Source of the DNA: an uncultured bacterium
Lineage (GTDB): Bacteria; Margulisbacteria; WOR-1; CAVSGV01
DNA length: 32,000 bases
Assembly: GCA_963699255.1 (NCBI GenBank)
Contig: OY969425.1
Coordinates: 240,001-272,000 of the forward strand
Direction of reading: 5' to 3'
Below are positions 1 to 8,070 of the stretch, in pieces. The notes below the pieces were generated by a model, which saw only the letters and a program-made list of their open reading frames with translations, was not told the DNA's origin and made no database searches. A program made the position numbers and the translations under genes. The first letter of the stretch is position 1. Each line of letters begins with the position of its first letter.

Positions 1-17
1 TTTTAAGGAGGAGATCC

Positions 18-500
18 ATGAAAAAGACAGCTGTGTTTTTGCTCGCATTGTTTTTTTTCGCGACGGCATATGCTCTGAGCAGTTTTCAGGCGGCATATAA
101 ACCCACGGATTTTCTGTTGAACGATCTGACAGGCAAGCCTATTTCTTCTGCGATATATAAAGGCAAGGCCGTGTTGATGGTGTTTTTCCGGGCGGAGTGT
201 CCCGGCTGCCAGCAGGAACTCCCTCAGATAGAGCAGCTTTACGAGAAATACAGATCAAAGAAATTCGATGTCCTGGGCGTGAACGTCAGGGAGGACGCTG
301 ATGTTGTCAGAGCTTTTGCCAGGGACAATAAACTGTCATTCACTGTTATTCTGGATGATGCAGGCGGCCTCGCCTCCGCATATCAGATAAAGTTCATTCC
401 CAGGATAGTGATCCTGGACAGGTCGGGGAAAATAAGATTCAGTTCTTATGGCATTCCCATGAAGGATATTGAGAAAGAGATAAAGAAAGTTCTAAAATGA
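18..500 (+). CDS. TlpA/ResA-family thiol:disulfide oxidoreductase (thioredoxin fold, secreted or lipid-anchored)
   Basis: Strong SD aaggagg 7 nt upstream. N-terminal signal-like MKKTAVFLLALFFFATAYA. Redox motif CPGC in FFRAECPGCQQELP. Translationally coupled (ATGA) to ccdA. Confidence 0.85.
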   Translation: MKKTAVFLLALFFFATAYALSSFQAAYKPTDFLLNDLTGKPISSAIYKGKAVLMVFFRAECPGCQQELPQIEQLYEKYRSKKFDVLGVNVREDADVVRAFARDNKLSFTVILDDAGGLASAYQIKFIPRIVILDRSGKIRFSSYGIPMKDIEKEIKKVLK

Positions 501-1216
501 ACTTTTTCGTTGCTTTTCTCGCGGGCCTTTTGACCTTTTTCAGCCCGTGCGTTTTTCCGCTGATACCGTCTTACATATCATATGTTACCGGATTTTCCGT
601 CGATGACCTCTCGCACGGCGACAAAAAGCTTTTGCTTAAGAGGTCCATATTCGGGTCTTTGAGCTTCATCCTGGGATTCTCGATCATATTTATCCTTATG
701 GGCATTTCCGCTTCTTTTGCCGGCAGCCTGATTTTTCAATTTCAAAATTACATAAGGGTCGTCGGCGGGGCCGTGATAGTATTCTTCGGATTAGCCATGA
801 CCGGATTATTGACAATAAGGTCCCTGGAAACAGAAAAAAGGTTCGGCATGAAGAACAAGCCCGTTGGCTATGCGGGCGCGTTGATATTAGGGATGACCTT
901 TGCGGCGGGGTGGGTGCCGTGCGTCGGGCCGATACTCTCTTCCATCCTGACCATTGCCGCTACTTCCGGCTCGAGATTTTATGGCGGGCTACTTCTGTTT
1001 TCATACTGTTTGGGGCTGGGAAGCCCGATACTCGTGTCCGCGGTAGCGTTTAATTATTTTCTGGCTCTCTACAGGCACATCGTAAAATACCTTAGATTGA
1101 TCTCGGTGGTCAGCGGAGTGCTCTTGATATTTATCGGCCTCCTCCTGATGACAGATAATCTTACCTGGCTTTCCGATCATCTGACCCGTCTTTTCATCTT
1201 CAGCGGAACACATTAA
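497..1216 (+). CDS. ccdA: Cytochrome c biogenesis / thiol-disulfide electron transporter CcdA (DsbD-family membrane protein)
   Basis: Polytopic membrane protein with the two conserved Cys-Pro contexts FSPCVFPLIPSY and GWVPCVGPIL. Paired with the TlpA-like gene. Confidence 0.85.
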   Translation: MNFFVAFLAGLLTFFSPCVFPLIPSYISYVTGFSVDDLSHGDKKLLLKRSIFGSLSFILGFSIIFILMGISASFAGSLIFQFQNYIRVVGGAVIVFFGLAMTGLLTIRSLETEKRFGMKNKPVGYAGALILGMTFAAGWVPCVGPILSSILTIAATSGSRFYGGLLLFSYCLGLGSPILVSAVAFNYFLALYRHIVKYLRLISVVSGVLLIFIGLLLMTDNLTWLSDHLTRLFIFSGTH

Positions 1217-1248
1217 AACACTGAGACAGAGCCACGCGTATCCGTGTA

Positions 1249-1277
1249 TTGTCTAATAGTTGAATTTCTAATATAAT
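1249..1277 (+). promoter_or_regulatory. Candidate sigma70-type promoter for the tRNA-Thr pair
   Basis: TTGTCT (1249-1254), 17-nt spacer, TATAAT (1272-1277). It lies about 13 nt before the first tRNA. Confidence 0.45.
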
Positions 1278-1289
1278 GTGGCAGATTCC

Positions 1290-1362
1290 GCCCGTGTAGC
1301 TCAGCTGGTAGAGCAGCTGATTCGTAATCAGCAGGTCGTCGGTTCAATTCCGACCGCGGGCT
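1290..1362 (+). tRNA. tRNA-Thr (anticodon CGU), CCA not encoded
   Basis: The cloverleaf folds by hand: acceptor GCCCGTG/CGCGGGC, D arm GCTC/GAGC, anticodon stem GCTGA/TCAGC with loop TTCGTAA, T arm GTCGG/CCGAC with loop TTCAATT. Confidence 0.9.
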
Positions 1363-1373
1363 TATGTTTTCGC

Positions 1374-1446
1374 GCCGCCGTAGCTCAGCTGGTAGAGCAA
1401 CTGATTTGTAATCAGTAGGTCGGTGGTTCAAATCCACTCGGCGGCT
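1374..1446 (+). tRNA. tRNA-Thr (anticodon UGU), CCA not encoded
   Basis: Acceptor GCCGCCG/CGGCGGC, D arm GCTC/GAGC, anticodon stem ACTGA/TCAGT with loop TTTGTAA, T arm GGTGG/CCACT with loop TTCAAAT. Confidence 0.9.
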
Positions 1447-1461
1447 TAGCAATTAAGGAAG

Positions 1462-1571
1462 AATTAACAATGACACAATTAACAACAATGTAGCCTCGCT
1501 TGCGCTCGGCATTTATTATTTTTATATAATAATTTCATTGTTGTTCATTGTTAATTGAGAAATTGTTAATT
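1462..1571. repeat. Nested AT-rich inverted repeats built from AATTAACAA / TTGTTAATT units
   Basis: aattaacaat (1462-1471) is the exact complement of attgttaatt (1562-1571). caattaacaacaatg (1476-1490) matches cattgttgttcattg (1536-1550) at 14/15 as reverse complement. aattaacaatga (1462-1473) also matches tcattgttaatt (1545-1556) at 12/12. Confidence 0.6.
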
Positions 1572-1572
1572 T

Positions 1573-2229
1573 ATGATTATAAAAACTATCCAGGTCGGAC
1601 AACTAAGGACAAACTGCTACATCGTAGCCCCGGATTGTGCCATACAGGCTTCCTCACGTCGAAGCGGGCGGGCGGGAGAGACAAGAGAAGCCGTGATAAT
1701 CGATCCCGGTGATGAAGCTGAAAAAATTATCGATGTCATGGATTCCGAGAATCTTAGGCCTATACTTATCGTGAACACGCACATTCATCCCGATCATGTG
1801 GGAGGGAATTTCAGGCTGGCCGAGAAATACGGCATCGTCGCGGCGGCCGGCAAGGACGGCATCGATTTTATCGAAGGGATCAAAAAATATTTTGAAGTGT
1901 TCTCGGGCTTGAGCATCGAAAGCCTCGGCATCAAAAGATTCCTGAAGGATGGAGAGATCATAAGGATCGGGGACATTGACTTGAAGGTCATGGAAACGCC
2001 GGGGCACTCAAAGGGCAGCTTGTGTTTGTACGCTGATGGAGTGCTGTTCAGCGGGGACACGCTTTTTGCCGGGACCTATGGAAGGACGGATATCCCCGGA
2101 GGAAGCGAAAATGATATCCAGGAGTCCATCGCCAGGCTTATGGAACTGCCGGATGATACGATGGTTTACCCGGGGCATGGAAGGATGACAACGATATCGG
2201 AAGAGAGAAAACTGTATGCCAAAGATTAG
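1573..2229 (+). CDS. MBL-fold metallo-hydrolase (glyoxalase II-like)
   Basis: HxHxDH motif THIHPDHVGG, later GHSKGS and GDTLF motifs, typical ~200-aa standalone beta-lactamase-fold layout. Carries an atypical 14-aa insert near the N-terminus (see findings). Confidence 0.85.
   Translation: MIIKTIQVGQLRTNCYIVAPDCAIQASSRRSGRAGETREAVIIDPGDEAEKIIDVMDSENLRPILIVNTHIHPDHVGGNFRLAEKYGIVAAAGKDGIDFIEGIKKYFEVFSGLSIESLGIKRFLKDGEIIRIGDIDLKVMETPGHSKGSLCLYADGVLFSGDTLFAGTYGRTDIPGGSENDIQESIARLMELPDDTMVYPGHGRMTTISEERKLYAKD
1636..1677 (-). other. 42-nt GC-rich in-frame insert (CAIQASSRRSGRAG) inside the MBL hydrolase; putative REP-like miniature element
   Basis: Read on the minus strand it is tcccgcccgcccgcttcgacgtgaggaagcctgtatggcaca. 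It shares both termini (tcccgcc...ggcaca) with the insert in queE. Internal stem gcttc/gaagc. Confidence 0.4.
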
Positions 2230-3151
2230 CCTGTTTTACGGTGATGAAGATTTTCTGCTCGACGAGGAAATAAAGCGGTTGAAGAGCGGGAGTTCGGAAT
2301 TTAACTTTGAACGGATCAATGGGGCAAAAAGCGGACCGGAGCAGATAATTTCCGTGCTTGCGACGTGTCCGTTACTGGGGGGAAGGCTGGTCGTCATCGA
2401 TTCTCTTAAGCTCGATGAGGAAGACGAAGAAAGATTGTTCGGCGTTTTGCGCAGCCTAAATGAGAGCGTGAAGGTCGTATTCGTATATTATGACGGCCTG
2501 GACAGAAGAAGGAAATTCTACAAGTTCATTGAAAAGATAGGGGACGTCAGGGAGTTTAAAAGGTTCACCGAATGGGAGCAGGATAAAGTGCTCGCATGGA
2601 TCGTTAACAGGGTGAATACATACGGGAAAAAGATCGGGAGCCACGCGGCCAATCTTCTGATCGAGATCGTCGGATTTAACCTGAGGATGCTTGACAAAGA
2701 GATAGAAAAGATCGCTACTTATATCGGGGACAGGGACCTTATAGAAGAGCAGGATGTGGCAAGCCTTTCCAGCGCCGGAGAAATCGACTCATTCGCTTTT
2801 TCGAACGCCATAAGGGACAAGAACACTCAGGAGGCGCTTAAATGCTTGAACAGATTATTCAAGGACAACCAGAATCCGCATATGTTGGTCGGGATGCTCG
2901 CAAAGCTTTACAGGATGCTCCTGCAGGTAAAATATCTGGAAGATAAGGGCTTTGGCCAGTACGACATAGCCAGAGAACTTAATGCAAAGCCTTTTTTTAT
3001 AAAAAAATGCGCGGAAAAGACCGGCAGATTCACCCTTAACGAACTGATAAATGACATAAAAATTCTCCAGCGCGCGGACCTGAAAATGAAAAGCGGCGCT
3101 TCTCCTAAGCTGACCCTTGAGATGCTGATCCCGGAACTGTGCAATGGATAA
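2216..3151 (+). CDS. holA: DNA polymerase III delta subunit
   Basis: About 310 aa. N-terminal YGDEDFLLDEE...LKS pattern and a C-terminal helical domain typical of HolA. Overlaps the upstream gene by 14 nt. Confidence 0.75.
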   Translation: MPKISLFYGDEDFLLDEEIKRLKSGSSEFNFERINGAKSGPEQIISVLATCPLLGGRLVVIDSLKLDEEDEERLFGVLRSLNESVKVVFVYYDGLDRRRKFYKFIEKIGDVREFKRFTEWEQDKVLAWIVNRVNTYGKKIGSHAANLLIEIVGFNLRMLDKEIEKIATYIGDRDLIEEQDVASLSSAGEIDSFAFSNAIRDKNTQEALKCLNRLFKDNQNPHMLVGMLAKLYRMLLQVKYLEDKGFGQYDIARELNAKPFFIKKCAEKTGRFTLNELINDIKILQRADLKMKSGASPKLTLEMLIPELCNG

Positions 3152-4895
3152 TTCAGGCGAGAGCGCGGTATTACAGCATGGCAGAACGAGAGCTATGGGG
3201 CTTTTGTTCGCCTTTATTTGCATATTTATTCTTCTGGCGATCAGGCTTTTCTATCTTCAACTCATAGAGCACGAATTCTTTCTGGATAAATCCCTTGAAC
3301 AGAGGATCAGGATCATCACTCTTTCTCCCGACAGAGGGGACATATATGACAGGAACGGGAACGTGCTCGCGACATCAATTAACGCTTTCTCTGTTGGGGC
3401 CTTTCCTTCGGAAATAAAGAATAAACCGGAAACGGCCGACAAAATCTCAAAGATATTAAAAGAAAAAAGATCGGCCGTTCTTCAAAAGCTGAATTCCGGC
3501 AAGCCTTTTGTCTGGATAGCAAGAAAGATTGAAGAGCCGCTTGCCCAGAGAATAAAAGGAAAAAAGATCTCCGGGATCGAACTTCTGCCGGAGGAAAAGC
3601 GGGTATACCCGAAAAGAAAACTTGCTTCGCAGATCATAGGTTTTGTCGGGATGGATAATCAGGGGCTGTCAGGCATCGAGATCTCATACGACAAATATTT
3701 AAAAGGTGAAGAAGGCAGCCTCATAAAGGACATTGATCCGCGCGGACGCGAGATCCTTACGTCAAACCTGCGAGTTCTTAAATCGCCGACCAATGGAGGG
3801 GACATTACGCTGACCATTGACGAGCCGATACAATACAAGGCTGAGACTGAGATAAGGAAAATGGTGGAGTCCTCTCATGCCAACTCCGGCAGCGTGATAG
3901 TAATGGACATCAAGAGCGGAGAGATATTGGCGCTCGCTTCATATCCGGACTTCGATCCGAACGATTACCAAAAGTTCAATAAGAACGTATGGTATAACCG
4001 CGTTGTTACCGACGTTTATGAACCGGGCTCGACTTTCAAGCTTATAACCGTTGCTAGCGCGATCGAGGAGGGAGTGATATCAAAAGATACCGTAGTGTAC
4101 TGCCCTGATACTATCAAGCTGGGGGGGCGCACGATAAAAAATTCCCATAGGTTGAAATTTGACACAAGGAACCTTTCGGTAAAAGAGATACTGCGCGAGT
4201 CCGTTAATACCGGAGCTGTACAGATAGCCCTGAAGCTCGGCAAGGAAAAATTTTACAAACACATAAAAGATTTTGGCTTTGGTGACTATACTGGCGTAGG
4301 ACTTTTTGGGGAATCAAGAGGGATATTGAACGATCCGTCCGTCTGGAACAAGCCGGACATAGGGATGATATCTTTCGGGCAGAGCATAGCGGTCACACCC
4401 ATACAACTTCTTTCGTCCCTGACGGCGATCGCGAACGGGGGAATAATAGTGAAGCCAAGGCTCGTAAAGAAAATAGAGAATGATGATGCGAACTTCATGA
4501 AGGTTTTTGCTCCGGAGGCCAGGGGTAGGGCGATCTCAGAAAAAGTCGCGGGCGACATGCTCGATCTATGCGAGGATGTGGTGGAGAACGGGACAGGGCG
4601 CGCCGCAAAAATATCCGGCTTCAGGGTTGGCGGAAAGACCGGGACGGCGCAGAAACCTCGTCCCGGAGGTGGGGGATACATGGAGGGGCATTTTGTATCA
4701 TCTTTCATAGGGTTTACCCCGATGGACAAGCCCTGCATCGCTGTCCTGGTGGTGGTGGATGACCCAAAACCCGTTTATTGGGGGGAGAAGATAGCCGCTC
4801 CGGTGTTCAAGCAGGTGGCGGAATACGCGCTTAGAAGACTGAATATTTCGCCGGACAAAAAAGAAAGTTCTGTGAAAGAAAGTTCTGTGATATAA
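3144..4895 (+). CDS. Class B penicillin-binding protein (peptidoglycan D,D-transpeptidase, FtsI/PBP2-like)
   Basis: N-terminal TM anchor, PBP dimerisation region, and the catalytic triad of motifs STFK (SxxK), SVN (SxN) and KTGT (KTG). Confidence 0.9.
   Translation: MDNSGESAVLQHGRTRAMGLLFAFICIFILLAIRLFYLQLIEHEFFLDKSLEQRIRIITLSPDRGDIYDRNGNVLATSINAFSVGAFPSEIKNKPETADKISKILKEKRSAVLQKLNSGKPFVWIARKIEEPLAQRIKGKKISGIELLPEEKRVYPKRKLASQIIGFVGMDNQGLSGIEISYDKYLKGEEGSLIKDIDPRGREILTSNLRVLKSPTNGGDITLTIDEPIQYKAETEIRKMVESSHANSGSVIVMDIKSGEILALASYPDFDPNDYQKFNKNVWYNRVVTDVYEPGSTFKLITVASAIEEGVISKDTVVYCPDTIKLGGRTIKNSHRLKFDTRNLSVKEILRESVNTGAVQIALKLGKEKFYKHIKDFGFGDYTGVGLFGESRGILNDPSVWNKPDIGMISFGQSIAVTPIQLLSSLTAIANGGIIVKPRLVKKIENDDANFMKVFAPEARGRAISEKVAGDMLDLCEDVVENGTGRAAKISGFRVGGKTGTAQKPRPGGGGYMEGHFVSSFIGFTPMDKPCIAVLVVVDDPKPVYWGEKIAAPVFKQVAEYALRRLNISPDKKESSVKESSVI
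4859..4888 (+). repeat. Perfect 15-nt tandem duplication at the 3' end of the PBP gene
   Basis: aaagaaagttctgtg occurs twice in tandem (4859-4873 and 4874-4888), giving KESSVKESSV immediately before the stop. Confidence 0.9.
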
Positions 4896-4905
4896 TCAAA
4901 AAATC

Positions 4906-5904
4906 ATGAAAAAGAAAAGAGCTTTATCTGGAATTCAGCCCTCCGGGAAGCTCCATCTCGGCAATCTTGTTGGAGCCATCTCAAACTGGGTCAAGCTTCA
5001 GGATAAGTACGACTGTTATTATTTTATCGCTGACATCCACGCGTTAACGACGGGCTATGCTGACACCGGCAGGTTGAAAGAGAATATCATGGATGTGGCC
5101 ATGGATATGCTCAGCTCGGGACTTGACCCTGAAAGATCAACGCTTTTCATACAATCGGACATCCCGGAACACAGCGAACTTCATCTCATGTTCTCTATGA
5201 TAACGCCGCTCTCATGGCTTGAAAGGATACCGACCTATAAATCCCAGATAGAGGAGCTTAAGGAAAAGGACCTGGGGACATACGGGTTTTTGGGCTACCC
5301 GGTCCTTCAGGCCGCGGATATATTGATATATAAATCTGATGTAGTACCGGTCGGACAGGACCAGCTGCCGCATCTGGAACTTACCAGGGAGATAGCGAGG
5401 AGGTTCAATCATTTTTATAAGGACGTTTTTCCTGTTCCCGCGGATCTCCTTACCGAAGCTCCCGTGCTGCCCGGACTTGACGGAAGAAAAATGAGCAAGA
5501 GCTACAATAATACTATCGCGATATCGGATCCTCCCGAGGCCATATTAAAGAAGATCAATGAGGCGGTGACCGATCCCGCCAGGGTAAAGAGGGAAGACAA
5601 GGGGCATCCGGATGTCTGCACAATATTCGCTTACCATAAGATATTCAATAAGGATGAAAGCAGACAGATACGCCTCGATTGTTCGAACGCGAAGATCGGC
5701 TGCGTTGAATGCAAAAAGATGATCGCCGGAAAACTTAGGGATTATCTTGCCCCGATATACGAGAAGAGGAAATCGCTGGAAAAAAGGAAAGAATACGTGA
5801 GGGAAGTGTTCGTTGAAGGCGGCAGAAAGGCCCAGGTGATCGCGAGGCAGACCCTTTCTGAGGCGAAAAAAGCGATGGGGATGTTATATGATGCCGACCG
5901 GTGA
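4906..5904 (+). CDS. trpS: Tryptophan--tRNA ligase
   Basis: Class I aaRS signatures GKLHLGN (HIGH-type) and KMSKS. About 330 aa and TrpRS-like throughout. Confidence 0.95.
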   Translation: MKKKRALSGIQPSGKLHLGNLVGAISNWVKLQDKYDCYYFIADIHALTTGYADTGRLKENIMDVAMDMLSSGLDPERSTLFIQSDIPEHSELHLMFSMITPLSWLERIPTYKSQIEELKEKDLGTYGFLGYPVLQAADILIYKSDVVPVGQDQLPHLELTREIARRFNHFYKDVFPVPADLLTEAPVLPGLDGRKMSKSYNNTIAISDPPEAILKKINEAVTDPARVKREDKGHPDVCTIFAYHKIFNKDESRQIRLDCSNAKIGCVECKKMIAGKLRDYLAPIYEKRKSLEKRKEYVREVFVEGGRKAQVIARQTLSEAKKAMGMLYDADR

Positions 5905-6646
5905 AGAAGATAGTACATTACTCGCTTCCTATAAGTTGAAGCTGGATGTGTTCGAGGGCCCCTTTGATCTGCTTTTGGCAATGATAGACAAAGGTGAGAT
6001 CGATCTGTTCAAGGTCTCATTGACCCAGATCACGTCCGGATTCATGGATTACATCAGGACAATGGAAAAGTATAACATCGTTATCGCCGGCGAATTCCTT
6101 TTGATGGCGGCGTATCTTCTGGAGATGAAATCCAGGATGCTGCTTCCAGAAGTTCCGTCGTCCCAGGAGGAAGAGGACCTGTTGAACGTGGAAGAGGAAC
6201 TTTTGCAGAGGCTTGCCGAGTACAAGCTGTACAAAGGACTTGCCAAGAGCCTGAAGGACCGCAAGGATGTGTTCCAGAAGGTTTATACGAGATATCAACC
6301 GGAAGAAGCGCTCGAAGACAGGGAGATATTTCTGGTGGAAGTATCGATGAAGGACCTTGTCGCGGCGTTTAAGCGGGTTTGGGACATGGCGGAGAGCAGG
6401 GAAAGGACCGATGAGATAGCCATGGAAGTTTTCTCGGTAAAAGAAATGATCTCTGCGATATTGGAAAAGATAAAAGGCAATCCCGAAGGGCTCCGTTTCG
6501 ACGCCCTGTTCGACAGGTACGTAAAAGCGGAAATAATAGTTACTTTTCTGGCGATACTGGAACTGATAAAGCAAAAGCTGATAAGGATACTTCAGAACGA
6601 CATGTTCGGTGAGATTTATATTTACACGACGGAGGCGGCAAAATAG
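5888..6646 (+). CDS. scpA: Segregation and condensation protein A (kleisin)
   Basis: N-terminal FEGPFDLLLAMI motif characteristic of ScpA. Followed directly by scpB. Confidence 0.85.
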   Translation: MMPTGEEDSTLLASYKLKLDVFEGPFDLLLAMIDKGEIDLFKVSLTQITSGFMDYIRTMEKYNIVIAGEFLLMAAYLLEMKSRMLLPEVPSSQEEEDLLNVEEELLQRLAEYKLYKGLAKSLKDRKDVFQKVYTRYQPEEALEDREIFLVEVSMKDLVAAFKRVWDMAESRERTDEIAMEVFSVKEMISAILEKIKGNPEGLRFDALFDRYVKAEIIVTFLAILELIKQKLIRILQNDMFGEIYIYTTEAAK

Positions 6647-7234
6647 TTGGAAAACGGCATTGAGATAAGTTATCCAAGATTAAAGAATATCCTGGAATCG
6701 CTGCTTTTCATCACAAAGAAACCGGTGACGCCGGAAGAGCTTCAGTCCGTCATAGGCGTTGACATAAAGCTTATCGAAAAAACGCTTTATGATCTTTTCG
6801 TGGAATACGAAAGCAGGGGAATGAACATAGTTAAGATAGCCGGCGGATACCACATGGTGACAAAACATGAAAATGTTGATTATGTCGACAGGCTTATCCA
6901 TTCTCCGATAGAGACCACGCTTTCTAACGCGGCGCTCGAGTCTCTTGCGATAATCGCTTATAAACAACCTATCACGAAGTTAACAATAGAAAATATTAGA
7001 GGAGTTAATTCGGACGGGGTCGTTGATACGCTGCTTGAGAAAAGGCTGATCAAGGAGGTCGGCAGAGGAGAGGGGCTGGGAAGACCCATCCTATACGGCA
7101 CGACCGTTGATTTCTTAAGGCATTTCGGGCTGAAGGACCTGAGCGATCTGCCTGCTTTGCCTAACGATGATGTCTCGGCGTTCAGAGAAGGATTGATCCT
7201 GCCCAAAGAGCAAACCCAAGGAGATGCCTTATGA
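6647..7234 (+). CDS. scpB: Segregation and condensation protein B
   Basis: TTG start immediately after the scpA stop. ILESLLFITKKPVT, GGYHMVTK and LETLAIIAYKQPIT-type motifs. Winged-helix tandem typical of ScpB. Confidence 0.85.
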   Translation: MENGIEISYPRLKNILESLLFITKKPVTPEELQSVIGVDIKLIEKTLYDLFVEYESRGMNIVKIAGGYHMVTKHENVDYVDRLIHSPIETTLSNAALESLAIIAYKQPITKLTIENIRGVNSDGVVDTLLEKRLIKEVGRGEGLGRPILYGTTVDFLRHFGLKDLSDLPALPNDDVSAFREGLILPKEQTQGDAL

Positions 7235-8070
7235 GCATAGGAAAGATATTACGGGAAAAAAGGGAGGAAAGGGGATTATCTGTTGCCGATGTTTTTGCGG
7301 AAATAAAGATAAATAAAAAATATATCCAGGCTCTGGAAGACGATAATTTTCTTCTTATACCCTCCCAGGTCTATGCGAAAGGTTTTTTGAAAGCTTATTC
7401 GGATTTTTTAGGTCTTGACACGAAAAACCTTGTTGGCGAACTGATAAATTATTATAAGAACAGGGAGGGTGAGAGAAAAACGATCTCATCAGCCAAAAAG
7501 ATGCCAAAGGTCATTTCTGTACCGGGCGTACCGAAGCTCCCGAAGATCATAGGTATCCCGGAACTTAAATTAAAGTTCAAATTTAACATGAAAATGGTGT
7601 ATATAGCTGTTATGTCTGTCCTGGCGCTTCTTGTCCTTTTCATATTGATATATGGTTTCATTTCATTCCACAAAAAGAGCGCGGTTTCGATCATGGTAAA
7701 TCCCCCCGCGGCCGGGAAAATTGAGAGACCCATGGTCGGGCCAAAAAAGCCCCCTGCAGTAAAAGCCCCGGCAGTAAAGGCTCCAGCTGTAACTGAAGAG
7801 AAAATGAACGAGGAAAGCTCGATCCCTGAAGGCAAAGTTGAAGTAAGGATCGATACGATAGGGCGGTCATGGATCTATGTCGCTTCCGGCACCAAAGTGC
7901 TATACAGTGAAACGCTCAATCCCGGGGCGAAACTAAGATTTGTCGGCAGGGAGATAACGGTGAAGGCGGGTAACGGCGGCGGCGTAAAAGTATATGTGAA
8001 CGGTATTTCCAAGGGGCTTATGGGAGAAGAAGGTGTGGCATCGGAAAAAACTTACAGGGCATCTGAGTGA
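7231..8070 (+). CDS. rodZ: RodZ-like cytoskeleton protein (XRE-type HTH, single TM, C-terminal DUF4115-like domain)
   Basis: N-terminal LREKREERGLSVADVFAEIKINKKYIQALE HTH, a central TM helix, a PAVKA repeat linker, and a C-terminal beta-rich domain ending in VKAGNGGGVKVYVNG. Confidence 0.7.
   Translation: MSIGKILREKREERGLSVADVFAEIKINKKYIQALEDDNFLLIPSQVYAKGFLKAYSDFLGLDTKNLVGELINYYKNREGERKTISSAKKMPKVISVPGVPKLPKIIGIPELKLKFKFNMKMVYIAVMSVLALLVLFILIYGFISFHKKSAVSIMVNPPAAGKIERPMVGPKKPPAVKAPAVKAPAVTEEKMNEESSIPEGKVEVRIDTIGRSWIYVASGTKVLYSETLNPGAKLRFVGREITVKAGNGGGVKVYVNGISKGLMGEEGVASEKTYRASE

Noticed and set aside
1218-1227. The 10-mer acactgagac shared between the ccdA 3' flank and the dprA terminator (25607-25616)
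   Set aside because: Identical 10-mers are expected many times by chance in a 32-kb window, and the similarity does not extend beyond the 10-mer.
1213-1452. 79-aa minus-strand ORF
   Set aside because: It lies entirely antisense to the two hand-folded tRNA-Thr genes, and its peptide is simply the translated tRNA sequence. It is not a gene.
1470-1493. Mini-ORF MTQLTTM with an SD-like aaggaag, right after two tRNA-Thr genes (possible Thr leader peptide)
   Set aside because: The downstream genes are unrelated to threonine metabolism, and the ACA codons are explained by the AACAA repeat units of the inverted repeat.
6017-6574. 185-aa minus-strand ORF. The same applies to 13049-13591, 9311-9832, 24816-25394, 4286-4738, 26551-27033 and other long antisense ORFs
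   Set aside because: All lie opposite well-supported conserved genes and show no motifs or SD sequences. They are typical shadow ORFs.
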